Source of the DNA: Psammoneis japonica
Taxonomy: Eukaryota
Assembly: GCA_008632985.1 (NCBI GenBank)
Contig: QPGO01000007.1
Coordinates: 124,001-188,000, forward strand
Direction: 5' to 3'
Length of the DNA stretch: 64,000 nucleotides
Each line of letters begins with the position of its first letter. Position 1 is the stretch's first letter. The notes beneath the pieces are model-generated. The model did no database searches, was not told the origin of the DNA, and was given only the letters and a program-made list of their open reading frames with translations. This document shows, piece by piece, positions 39,637-51,991 of the stretch. The position numbers and the translations under genes were made by a program.

Positions 39637-40230
39637 TGACAGAACAACAGAAGAGCCCCAGTCAAACCCAATCTTCCTGCACCTTCCTTGCCATCCAAAC
39701 AACCCGCCATCCAGTGAACTGCAGAAATTGTGGAAAGGTGCAATGGCCAACCCTCCCTGCTCACAACCTCTCTCAAACCTTCGAAATCATGCCTGACAAT
39801 GCATCAGCCTCAACCGCATGATTGTTTGTTGCAGTCGCTCCTGCAATCTTGGAAATCTCCTTTCCCACTGTGTGCTCCGAGTCTCCCATGGCCCCCCAGT
39901 TTTGGCCTGTCGGGTTGCAAACATGGAGGCCACTGAGAGAGAGAGAGAGAGACGACAACTTGACTTGAATTGAATCAATTTAATCAACCCGTCTGTCCTT
40001 CTTTGGATCTTTTTAATGCAACAACGCCCACCGCACGTTAACAACAACAGCCGGCCGCTGATGAAGCCACCGCGAAAGTCTTGTTCTCCTGACTTCGGCC
40101 AACATTGTTGTGCCTGCTGTCACTGAAATGGTTGGACAAACATCCAATTGAGTGGCTCTGCCTCAGCCACTTGCATTGCTGTTGTTTGTCACATTTGATG
40201 GAAAATTGGCTTCGCCAATTTTGATCGTTC

Positions 40231-40287
<57 letters not shown>

Positions 40288-40302
40288 ATCATTCGTTCGT
40301 TT

Positions 40303-40335
<33 letters not shown>

Positions 40336-41108
40336 CAGAGCAGAGCAGCTTGGACATCAGAAGGGGCACAAACCCAGCAAACTACAACCGCTCTTCCGAA
40401 AAGCACATGACCTCATCTTTGGCAATGCTGACAGAACAACAGAAGAGCCCCAGTCAAACCCAATCTTCCTGCACCTTCCTTGCCACCCAAACAACCCGCC
40501 ATCCAGTGAACTGCAGAAATTGTGGAAAGGTGCAATGGCCAACCCTCCTCACTCACAACCTCTCTCAAACCTTCGAAATCACGCCCGACAACACATCGGC
40601 CTCAACCACAAGATTGTTTGTTGCAGTCGCTCCTGCAATCTTGGAAATCTCCTTTCCTGCCGCATGCTCTGAGTCTCCCATGACCCCCCAGTTTCGTCCC
40701 ATTGGATTGCAAACATGGAGGCCACTGAGAGAGAGAGAGAGAGGGAGAGAGAGAGAGAGAGAGAGAGAGACGACAACTTGACTTGAAATGAATCGATTTA
40801 ATCAACCCATCTGTCCTTCTTTGGATCTTTTTAATGCAACAACGCCCACCGCGCATCAACAACAACAGCCGGCCGCTGATGAAGCCACCGCAAAAGTCTT
40901 GTTCTCCTGACTTCAGCCAACATTGTTGTGCCTGCTGTCACTGAAATGGTTGGACAAACATCCAATTGAGTGGCTCTGCCTCAGCCACTTGCGTTGCTGT
41001 TGTTTGTCACATTTGACGGAAAATTGGCTTTGCCACTTTGATCATTCGTTCGAGAGAGAGAGAGAGAGAGAGCAGAGCAGAGCAGCTTGGACATCAGAAG
41101 GGGCACAA
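39637..41108 (+). repeat. Tandem duplication with 792-bp offset (39637-40371 and 40429-41108), containing (GA)n tracts
   Basis: Both copies begin tgacagaacaacagaagagccccagtc and end gagcagcttggacatcagaaggggcacaa. Confidence 0.95.
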
Positions 41109-41412
41109 GCAAGGATGGAGGTGGCAATGTGATGCTGATGGGCATGGCAGAGGCAGCGTGTGCCAAGCCCTGAGTTGTTGCTGACTTTTTGCCAGAGGAG
41201 CAGCCAGCAAAGGAGAAGCAGGGTGGAGAATCAGAGGCAAGAGCAGACACAAAGCAACAGAAGAGGGTGTGCAAGCAAACACAAGAGCAAGATTTGTTCC
41301 AGAAAGAAAATGAATGCCAAGAACAGTGTGAGAGATCAGTGGAGAGTGGAGTCACCAGATGGCCACCGAATTCAGTGCACGCAGCAAAAAGGAAGGAGCG
41401 GAGCAAAGCTGC

Positions 41413-41470
41413 AAGGAAGGAAGGAAGGAAGGAAGGAAGGAAGGGAAGGAAGAAGGAAGGAAGGAAGGGA
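41413..41470. repeat. (GAAG)n microsatellite
   Basis: Directly visible. Confidence 0.9.
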
Positions 41471-41712
41471 TGGCAGCAGCAGCAGGGTTTTTGAGGCCAA
41501 AGCTGCCAGGAGGAATGCAATGGCAAGGGAGCAGGGAGGTGGGTGGGGTCAGCATGAGCGGCAGCATGGCAAAGGAAGCAGCGGAGAGAATTTGACCCAT
41601 GGACAGACAGTGCCACCCTGTTGCAACAAGCCATTGGCATGCGCCATCAAAAACTCCCACAGTCTGGCCAATGCTCATCCATGATGACCAACGGCATTCT
41701 TTTCATCCTTGG

Positions 41713-42700
41713 TCATTTCTGCGTGCATCTTCTTGTTGCCTTTTGCATCAGCTGTGCTCTCACTGGGCTCAAAGATGGGATCCCATCCAAAGTCGAGTGA
41801 ACCATGTGGTCGGACAATGGATCCTTTGATGCATGCTTGGACATGGAGGCAACAAGGGTTGCCTCCAGACCACCACGTGCACTCACACATTCTGTTCCAG
41901 ATTTTTGGATGTGTGAGCACTTTGACCAACTGATGTCAATGGCATGAAAGACCGCCTTGCAGGCCTTGCCAACCATTGTGGCAGAATTCCAGTCAGAGAG
42001 CAACTCGAAGTCCCACCACGGTGCCCGCTGTGCCAAACTCGGTTGGTGGAAATGGAAATCTCTGTTCAAATGCAGCCTTGCCAGGAGTGCAGCTGCTGTC
42101 ATGCCAACAGAGCAAAGAAGCCAATTCATGTGATGCCATGCACCAACCTCACACTCACCTGCATTGTTTTCTTTGTGCAAACCTCTTCTGTAGATTGCTC
42201 CCAGCATTGCACTGTCATGTGGTGGGTCCCTTGGGTTTGGGCTGTGAGCAGTGCAGCCATGAACACTGCAAAAAACCATCTTTTGCAATGAGTCATTGCA
42301 TGGCATCATCTGCTCACACCAAGTGAAGCTGATGCATGGATTCTGCCAATTCTGACAGTTGGTCAAGACATGAGCAGTGAACTTGATCCGGCCCTTGTCT
42401 GTCAGCATGTTTGTTTTGAGGTTGTGATGGGGGTCTCGCAGCTGATTGTTTGCAGCCATCTTTTCCTTGTTGTGCATTTTGTTCAGCTCCAGAGACCATG
42501 TGCAACCAACGCGCTTTCCAAATCAATTTGCTTGCCAATCCACTCCACACACTTTGAGATTTGCTCCAATGCATTGAGCATGTGCCTGGCTGAGTTGGGA
42601 GAGACAGCCAATGTTGCTGCATGCATCGTGAAACAAAGATCAACATTCTCTTGAGCAATGCACTTGTTGCCCGGTGGAAGAAGACCCCTTGCTCACATGT
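41713..42700 (-). mobile_element. Decayed Crypton-like tyrosine recombinase (NDC10-II-like domain)
   Basis: [41 protein letters not shown] matches the KxNxxG..GAxRH..CxVG..SKxTHxxRxSG pattern. Confidence 0.6.
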
Positions 42701-44199
42701 CATCAATCCATGCAAAGCACTTGTTTTGCTTGTTTGTGTGTCTTGAATCTTGACCTGGGGGCAACGTGTCATGAATGGCTGAATGCCTTGCTGCATTTGC
42801 AACACTCTCCCTTGTTGGTTCTGCCTCTTCAAAGAAATTTGTGATGAACTCTGGGCCATGGCTGCCACGCCCCCCACGTCCTCCACACCTTCGCCCATGG
42901 CCGCCACCACCAGGATCTCTCCCAGGAGCACGACCTTGACCTTGACCACCTGTTCCTTGGCAGCCACCAGCCCTGGGCCCCATTGCAGGCATCATGACAA
43001 AATCAGAATTGATGGAAAGACCACAACAATGGCAAGCAATGAAAGAGAAAATGGAGTGACAATGGCAAACAGATGCACCAAAATCAAACATCGGTGTGAA
43101 GTTCAAGTTTGAAAGCATGTCATCCTTGAGAGTCATCATCTGTCCAGTGGCTGACGCTTCAACCTTGAGAGTGGACTTTTCAGTGGCCTTGAGAATGTCC
43201 ATGTTTCTGGCTCTTAAGCAGGAGCTTGAGTCAATTTATTTGGCCATGCCTTGATGATCCCATTCACTTGCTCCTCCAGCTGGACAAACATCCCATGAGC
43301 AATCCTCCAGTGCCAGTTGTCTGCACAGTCAGCACAGGATCACACAATGTCTGCAGAGAGGAATTTTGTGCATGAGGCATGCTTTGCATTTGCACACATG
43401 GCAAGTGTGTCTATGTGGTTGGTGTGTAAAATGTCTGCACATGACTTTTCGTGTGGAATTTGTCCCAGCCCATGCATTTAAGGCACCAGGCACAGACTCA
43501 ACTTTGCTGTGCAAAGTCCATGCAGAGCTGCACAAAAATTGTGCCAGATCATGTGTGGAAAAGATGCAAAATCACAGTGCTGATCCGTGATCAAAGATTC
43601 CGTCTCTGACCGTGTGAATCCCACAGAAATTCTGGATCAAAATCCCATGCGGGACTCAACATGACATGGCTTGGAGGAGCTGGATGACAATGATGTCTCT
43701 TTGCAAAACCCAACAAACCATGCATGTGTGGAAAGATCATCAAGAGCAGACATCAATTGCAACAGTCAAACTGCATCTCACACCATCGTGTCCACAGATG
43801 TCATGGTTTGCAATCCAATGCCCTCCAATTTGTGATTTGGAGGAAATCCAATGACATCTTTGGACACGTTGGTGTGAGGCGCAGCTTGACCCCTCCCAAA
43901 CCTTCTTCCCCCACGTGTGCTTGAGACACGTTGACACCTCTTTCTTTGTGACATTCAACAGGTTGACAAAACAATCGCCGCTGAAAGTCTTTGCTCCACT
44001 CAGCAGACTCATCACAGCTTTAGTGCTGCGGTCTTCTGACATTGCAAGCTCCGGTGAATTCAAATGTTGGAGACACCAAAATCAACGGAAACGCTGGCCA
44101 TGTCTTTCAATGAAACATTGGAACTTGCACATTGTGTGTGAAGCAATCGGAGTTGAAAAAGTGTTGTCAAAATTTGAGTGACAATTTGCACTGCCATGG

Positions 44200-44779
44200 G
44201 GCCCACTCCACATCATCAGCCGTCGCCTCCTGAAACCCAATGAAAGAATCGTCGGGCTGCAATTCACAAATTTTCTCCAAAACGCAGGGAGTCACGGGAA
44301 TGCGGACGTTCTGTCCGAGATGTCCATGCTTGGCGCGGGTAAACTCTCGGTAAAGTGCAAAGCAAACGCGTCCATTGCCAGCTTCGGGGTTGGTCAAAAC
44401 AAAAGTTTCAGCATGCGACGTAACCTGCAAACCGCAGGCGGTCCAATTGCATGGACTCTCGCCACAAGTGGGGCATGTCTCTTCATCTTTGGCATCTTCC
44501 AAAGGCTCAAGAACCAGACGATCTTCTTCTTCTTCTTCTCCTTGGGGGGTGTCTTCTACAACAGATGGCTTCATGACATTGCAGCAGGTCAAACTGCAAA
44601 CGGGCAGCACGGTGGACCCGTCAGAGTGCAAAAGAACCTCTCTGCCAACCTGCTCAAGCATCCACAAAGAGCATTCTGCATGGACAAACAAAGAACAAGC
44701 TGGGTTGGCACACTGAGAGGTGGTTTCGCCTGGGTCAAGAGCCTTGCAGGCGTTGCAGTTGATGAATCGGCAGAGCATG
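44200..44779 (-). pseudogene. Small Cys-rich protein with a P2RX7 C-terminal-like domain (typical transposon accessory ORF), partly decayed
   Basis: CPTCGESPCNW...LYREFT..HGHLG..RIPVTPCV..I....FIGF. Confidence 0.55.
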
Positions 44780-47103
44780 CTGATTGAAGAAAAAGAAAAA
44801 TTGTGGAGAAGTGCCGTGAAACGGCGACTGCTTTGGTGAGAGCCGCGCCATAAAAACAACGGCATCAACTGATGCTGATCACCCACGTGCCATCACACAG
44901 CCAAGCAGCTTCAACGTTGAGCAGCACTGCCACAACACGGCAACAACAGCAAAAGAACATTGACTGCGCAGTGATGTTGGTGTTGGTGATGACAGCAATG
45001 TGTTGGTGGCAGGTGGCAAGCAGCAGCGTCGGTTGATTTCTCGAGAAAATCACTTGAGTGATTGTCATAGAAAATGTCAAACAAACATTTTGTGCAGACA
45101 TTTTACACTCAACAGGGAGCAAATCTCCACCGGTGGAGATTTGCTCAGGCCTGGTGGTTGAAGGGTTAAATCTTTTAATTGTGTTTTTAAGTCTCAACTT
45201 TGGAGCGCCAATTGCGTGGGTTGCATCTGCAAAGATGCCCCAATTGTTTGCCAATGACCATTGTCGTTTTTAAAAACTCAAGCACAAAAGTTGCTGTGCC
45301 GATGTTCGGGACGTTTTTGGCAGTTCACATTGTCCAGTCGCAGCTCCACACAGAGTTATGACTGCAGTGGCTTGAGCAGGCCACTTGAGGGATCTGGTCA
45401 TTTCTCAAGTGTCCCACAAAGAAAGGGGGTCCTGTGATGCTTGGAAGATTGTCTCTGATGCGACATTCCACTTGTGTCCACTCACAGAAAGGCACATTTT
45501 GGCGATGACAAGTGTGTCTCATTTTAACAAGTGTGTCTCATGTTGCACCCCAATGTCTCATCGTGTCACATTGTGTCTCAGCACATCACATTGTGTCTCA
45601 TTTTGTCTCACTGCATTGCATGCAACCAAATGAGACACAATGCAGACACAATGCAAATGCAAGGGAGTGTGACATCAAAACAACCGGCGACCGGCTTGAG
45701 TGTTGTTGATCAGGACAGATGAACACTGCAGCATCCTTTCAATTGGCAGCAGCAGAGAAGGCAATGATGACCACATGCCCAATCCGTTCATCCAATGGCC
45801 ATTTGCAGGTCTGTCTGTCCATCTGTCTGTCTTGCAATGCAGAATCAAGTGGCACCCTTCACCCGCACCTTGTTTGGCAATCTCGGTCGGTGGTGGTGGC
45901 ACCATCTGGATGAAGAAGTTGCTGCTCCATGGATGGTGTTGACACTTTGGCAACCTTTCAACCACAGATGGTTGGGTGGACATGCGACAGTCCAGTGCCA
46001 TGGCCACATCACACTCAGCTGCCATGGATGGTGGCACCATGGTGGAGGAATTGCCAACCAATTTGTCTCACTCTCCAGCCATCGTGACACTGCTTGATGT
46101 CTCAATGAGAATCGCATTTTGTCTCATCATGTCGCATTCTGTCTCATTTTGTTGCATCATGTCTCATCATGTTGCATGAGATACAAAAGTTTGCTCTTGC
46201 TTTTAAGGCATGCGCAGAAGTCACACACAGGATTGCAATGGCGGGCAGACGACGGCCGTGCAGTTGACTGCGATTTGCACGAAAAAAATGACAATTGCCG
46301 TTTGACGCTGACAATGACGATGACATTTTTCAGATGCTCTTAGAGGATGACTTTGCAACAGGCACTTAACACGTTAATCAATGACACCATTGTGAACACG
46401 AGTGCGCAAAGAAAGTCCCCCGGATGAAGTCTCAATCGTTCAACAGGAACACATCAAAGTGCAAAGTGACTTGTCGAATGACAGAGCTCGGCATTGGTGT
46501 GACGTTTTGCTTTCGAACGAAGGTTGCTCGCGGGGACTTTCATGACTGAATGCGTTCTTACACTTAACAAACTAAATGTCCATGAGGACAAAAGACTCTG
46601 GGACAAGTGTGTCATCGCTGTCATTACGACAACGCACCACCGTCATGTCGCCGCTTTTTAGCGATGATGCGCGTTGCGCGCTACGCGTTTCTCGTACACA
46701 GTAGAAACTCCTGAAAAATCAAATGGTCGTGCCTTCACCCCTTTGTTCTGCGATTACCTTAAAATGTGACATTCTGTTCAATGCTTTCAGGTAGTCTATC
46801 TACACTGGCGATAACAGTGCGATGGGTGTCTCGCCAATAGACATCTTCGGAGTACTACTTGAAAATTGGGTTTAGACTGATAAGCTTGTCTCTCTGGGCT
46901 AGCATCATAGTCGTCTTGTCCGCCGTAGTCATCACGGTAGTAATAGTCACCACCCCGTACCCACGGTCACCGTAGTAGTATGGATCATCATTGTACGACG
47001 ATATGGGAATGGGTTTTCGTATACGTGAAGAAAACAAATTCGCCAGGATATTCAAAGCCTACTATCGTTACTGTGCCATACCATGGCACGGCAGCAGTCT
47101 TCA

Positions 47104-48327
47104 CTATGGCTCCCCACTCTCAACCCTGTGTGCACGAGCCCAAGTTGGCACGGAGCACTCCTCCCCAAGCTCATTGCGTAGAGCCGTAGCAAAAGCAGTC
47201 AAGAACTGCTCTCGCTTGAATGCCTCAAGCTCGGACGTCCCGATTTCTTCTTCGAAGCCAGTGAGGTCCTGCTCATATCGCACAGTAACTGCCTTTGCTC
47301 CTGCAATGTTTCCCCCCGTGGCGCTAATTCCTTCCACGCCGGACGGTCCAAAAGTCTCGTTCGGGCTCTCACCTTGCTTCGGCTTCGGGCCGCTCGGTTT
47401 CCCATCATTCGGTTTATCGCTTCCGCTTCCACCACCAGCTCCTCCACCTTCCTTTATCGTCGAAAGTTGGAGTAAGTAACGTCTTTCCTCTACAGTCTCC
47501 ATCATCTCCTTGAAATCTTTAAGCGCCTCCGTGCTGTCTCGATACCACACTCCCCTGATAGAGTGTTTACTCTCAAAACTCCAAATACCCCATCGAAGAA
47601 GGCAGTCAGTAGCCAAAAGTGCCACTCCTTCCCCATAAACGGACATCATAGAAACAGACACGAGCTCCAGGTGCAATTGCGATTCGGAGAAGGGGTTTGT
47701 TTCGACCTTCAATTCGACAAGGCCTCTGGCCTCTGAAAATACATTGCTGGTCGGCGGTGTCCATCCCTGGACAGCCAACCTCAAGTCCGTTTTCCCGACT
47801 GCCTTTCTCTTTCCTTTCTTGACTTCTCGAAGCTTGAAGCCGGTCACAGGGACAATCTCGAGCGGCTTTTGCATGTCTTGTGGCTTCAATAGGGCGGTGA
47901 GCCTTTCCCCCGCAGCAGGCGTCCTCGCCTCTTCGCTGGGTTCCCAATCAAATTCGTGCTGTTGCACAGTCCCTTTTTCGCTTCTGGGTTTCATGGAAAT
48001 TGCATAGCCCAGCTCAGTTAGCAGGTTATCCGTAAAATCTTGTTTCGCTTTCGACATTATGGCTGTTTCAGTTTTCTCGACTTCAAAGGCTTCTTTGACA
48101 GCCTCCTTCACAACAGACCATAAGGAGGCTGCACTTTTCTTCTCTTTTTGTGTGTTGATGAATGAAATGAAGCGAGCCCTCTTGCGTAAGTTTTCCTCAC
48201 CGTCGACTCGAAACTCTTTGAACCAAGCATTCCTATCCTCGCCTGTCAGGTCAACTCCATCGAATGGTACGTTCAACGTCTTGGCAATTCTGGACCATTC
48301 CTCCTCCTCTTCTTCGTCGACTTCCAT
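47104..48327 (-). CDS. Crinkler-like protein with a restriction-endonuclease-fold (PD-(D/E)xK) domain; start uncertain
   Basis: Uninterrupted ORF with normal TpA/CpG. GKTDL..GLVELK..SQLHLELV..ALLATD..W motif series as in CRN REase domains. First in-frame ATG at 48327. Confidence 0.65.
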   Translation of the reverse strand: MEVDEEEEEEWSRIAKTLNVPFDGVDLTGEDRNAWFKEFRVDGEENLRKRARFISFINTQKEKKSAASLWSVVKEAVKEAFEVEKTETAIMSKAKQDFTDNLLTELGYAISMKPRSEKGTVQQHEFDWEPSEEARTPAAGERLTALLKPQDMQKPLEIVPVTGFKLREVKKGKRKAVGKTDLRLAVQGWTPPTSNVFSEARGLVELKVETNPFSESQLHLELVSVSMMSVYGEGVALLATDCLLRWGIWSFESKHSIRGVWYRDSTEALKDFKEMMETVEERRYLLQLSTIKEGGGAGGGSGSDKPNDGKPSGPKPKQGESPNETFGPSGVEGISATGGNIAGAKAVTVRYEQDLTGFEEEIGTSELEAFKREQFLTAFATALRNELGEECSVPTWARAHRVESGEP

Positions 48328-49239
48328 CGCGACTTCCTCCGTCAGCACAGAGCAATGAGTTACTGCAAGGAAGCCTTTTGATTGCCTCGTACCTCGCGTT
48401 GCGGCACCTGTTATTAGTCATTAGTCTCTATGGTGCGATTGATATGTCGACGTTGCGTGGTGGTTGGTGGTTCTTGTGCCTGCTGTTGTTGGAAGCAGAT
48501 TTTGCTGCGGTCAAGAGCGTACGAAGTACAGACGCTGGCACACAAGGGAAAATGGGTGTAACCCGGAAAACAACTGCTGTACGTTGCTTGCTCTGTTTTT
48601 TAACACAAGCAGTCGCGGAACAAGGGAGTGCCACAGTCAAATTGCAAACACGAGATTTTGTTGATCAAACTGCAATTGCACAAAGATTGTGAGACTGTGC
48701 CACGTTGGATCAGATTGATCTGGTTTCATCACGAAACTGACAAAAAATTCGGAGGTCGGTCTGTCCGCACTTCAACTTTTTGTCATTCACGCTCTCCTCC
48801 ACCCACAGACAACAGCAATGCAGGACAAAGCAACCATGAGGATCCAGTGGCCGTTGCTCACCATGACAACCCTTGCTGTCAAAGCCACCCATTGGGTCCT
48901 TCTGAGCCTTGCCTGCATCCGAGACTTTTTGCTCATGCCCAAGATCTGTGGTTGCTTGCACCCGAGACTTTTCACTCACACCCATCACAACAAGAATGTG
49001 CACAGAGAGTTGAATGATCTCATTGCTCTCCTTCCATGCACCCAAATGTCAGTGCACACTTGTCCTCAATGCTGTGAGAAGTGCAGTGCCATGTTGTGTG
49101 GTTTGCTTGTTTCCAACACTTTGCCAAACAATGAGTCGGTGTCGGAACCAGCATTGTTGGCAGTCTCATGGGCCATTTGACTCAAGCCACATGGAATCTC
49201 ACAATGCCGGTTTTGCTCCAATTCATGAGCACAAGGCTC

Positions 49240-49910
49240 ATGAAATGGACGGACCAATGCATCGTCATCATCCAAAGCACTGCTGGAGTGCAACCGCCAC
49301 AAGATGGACATGACATTTTCAAGCAAAACTCGCATCACCTTGTGGGTTTTTTGGCCCAATGAAACATCAATTCAGCCATTCTTTGGACTGAATGGTGCCT
49401 GAACAAGCCAAGAATGAGAGCAAACGGTTGAGCATTCAATGAGCAGCACCATTTTCAATGTTGGTCCACAGCGACACCACAAGACGGAAGCGACATCTTC
49501 AAGCACTCTTGCAAGCCCCTCACAGGCCCCACGGCCCAATGAAACACACCTTGCTGCATCATTGTTTGGTTCAATGCAAAGCTCCTGAAAGAAAGAATGA
49601 GTGAAAACAGTTGAGCATTGGTTGCACAGTGCCATTTTCAAAGTTGGTCCAGAGCGACGGCCTCCTCCTGGACACCACAACTTCAAGCGAAGCGCGAGTC
49701 ACCTTGTCAGTGTTTCTGCCAAATGAAACTTACCTCGCTGCAGTCTTTGGACCAGGGCAAGGCTTGTGGAAGAAAGAATGAGAGCAAACAGTTGAGCATT
49801 GGATGAGCAGCACCATTTTCAATGTCAACAAGGCAGTGCAACGGCCACAAGAAGGACAAGACATCTTCCAGTGCTCTTGCAAGCCCCTCGCCAGCATTTC
49901 GGCCCCCATT
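49240..49910 (+). repeat. Diverged tandem array, 3-4 units of ~180 bp
   Basis: aagaatgag...aac.gttgagcatt...ccattttcaa recurs at ~49410, 49594, 49774. Confidence 0.75.
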
Positions 49911-50025
49911 GCCTTTGTCTATCCAACATGTGTCTTTCCTGTGAAAGAATGAAGCAAATTGGTCCAGTGGTTGATGAGACATGGCTGCATGAAGCATGAT
50001 GAAAAGCTGTCCTTGGGTGCATCCC

Positions 50026-51130
50026 TCAAAGACGTGAAATGTTGTTCCCATTGATGCACAGAGCCATGACGGTTTGAGCATGTGCTGTTTTATCCTCAAA
50101 GCTCACAAGCATGTTGTTGAGTCTGTCATGACCACATTTGTTGAGAAACCATTTTGTGTAGATTCCAGGCATTCCATTCAAGGCATGAAAACAGAACGAC
50201 GTGTCTTCAATCAGCACGGCACTGCCAACCATTTGAAATGCCAATTGGCATTTAGCCTTGGCAACCTCTGCAGGATTGTGTCCTTGCAGTTCAGATGAAT
50301 CAATCTTTTGCTTGACAAGGTGAAATGGCAATTCATTGCTGCCATGTGACAGCAGCTTTTGAGCTTCTTGCAGCTTCTTGACATTGCCAGCAACAAAGGC
50401 AATGGCGAGACTTGGTCTCCACAACATTGTGGCAACAGTGTTGGAAGAGGAGACTGCTGCTTTGAGCATGTTGGGCGGCTCTTGTGCAGCACAGGACAGG
50501 AGGATTGTGCTCCACATTTCCACACCAACATGGATGCAATGCCACAGGCCTTTGATGCCACATCTGGCAGTGACAGTCCAACAGACAAAAAGGTCACCAA
50601 GGATCCGCAAAAGGAACAAGAATGTCAGCAAGCGGATGCAAATTGCACTCTAATGTTTGGAGTGGCTTGACGTCTTGTGGCGCCGGTGCTGGATTCAAAA
50701 TTGCAATGGCATTTTGTTGCTTGCCAACTCTGAGTGATTCCAGTGCTGTCTCACATGGGATTTTCAATTGAAGAAGCACACCACATGTGGGGTTTCAACA
50801 GTGGCAGCTTTGATTGCACATGTCAAGGAGAAAGAGCATGATTGGCACCAGGAATCACAACAATCATGTTGTCTCCACTTGTTTTGTCCACAACAATTGG
50901 CACCACTCTGGTTGCACAAAGCTCTCTGGGCAATGATGTGGTGCCATTGTTGTCTTGTGGTGGTGACATGATTGCATCTTGTCCGTCATGGTGCGCTCGA
51001 GCCTTGCCAATGTTGTCGAGAATCTCTCGTCCAAAGGCATCATCGCTGACTCTGCAAATCATGCTTGTGGGAGAGATGTTCAAATTGGCAGCTGCAATTG
51101 CAAATGTGCCGTGTGGCACAAGAAGCAATG
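50026..51130 (-). pseudogene. Decayed ribokinase (PfkB) followed directly by ITPase (HAM1), an apparent fusion gene
   Basis: Ribokinase: RVSDDAFG, IVVIPGANHALSP, LLQLKIP..ILNPAPAP, KCGAQSSCP. ITPase: FVAGNVKKLQE, ELQG, IEDTSFCFHALNGMPGIYTKWF, FEDKTAHAQ. Confidence 0.8.
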
Positions 51131-51644
51131 GCTCTTTTGAGAACAAGAAGAGGGTGCCCTTCATGCAGACATCCAACCATGGCTCATTTTGCCTTTTGTC
51201 TCGTGTGCCAAGATTGCCAACCACACTGCTCTCCTGTTGCTTTCTCTCTTTGAAGCTGCAGAAAGTGCCCTTGCACACTTGTCCCACCCTCTCAAGGAGC
51301 TTTCTTGTTTGCTGTGTTTTTCTGTCAACCTCGCTCTTTGCAGCCTTTTGTCATTGACCAACCTTTGGCTGCTTTTTGACACATCAACCTTTTCATGAAG
51401 AAAGTTGGAGGTGCCACCCCACCACCATTTTCAATGAACTGCATGTTCTTTTTTTGTGACATGTGGGAATCCTTGCACAGCCCGTGGAGGAGAAGCCCAC
51501 GTGCAGTGAGCATGGAACGCACCCACCTCGTGACGTTTGACGAGGCAAAATGACCCATTTCTGACTGTCAGGGTCATTTCTCTCAGACATTTAAAAATTT
51601 TGAACGCGCTTGCGCAAGACGAAAGCAATGGCCATCACTCTCCA

Positions 51645-51991
51645 GATGCATTCCAGCTCCAGGTGGGACCTTGTGCTTGCTGTGCTGTGACATCAAGAGT
51701 TCATTGTTTCATGCTCCCCATTTTGTGAAGCCAAAGGCTTCCCATTTTCAACATTTGTGAGAACGAAAATGCACTGGGTGTGTTCTTTGATGTCTGCAGA
51801 ACACACCCGGGCATGCTGTTGATGACATGCTTCAAGTGTGAAGGAGGAGATGCACTCACAAAATTGTCTCTTTTTCTGTTGGCAATTGTCCACATTTTCA
51901 TTGCGCTTGACAAATTTGCTGCGGAGCTTGCGCGTGGAATTCTGTGGGCCCAATGTCTCACAAAAAGTCCCACCTGGGGCTGGAACCCATC
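51645..51991 (+). mobile_element. MITE copy 3 (same TIRs and ends, partly different interior)
   Basis: gatgcattccagctccaggtgggac ... ttctgtgggcccaatgtc...gtcccacctggggctggaacccatc. Confidence 0.75.

Noticed and set aside
50026..50420. Loss of this ITPase as the cause of A>G mutation
   Set aside because: A nucleotide-pool defect would act genome-wide rather than only in repeat domains, and this is probably a duplicate of an intact gene.
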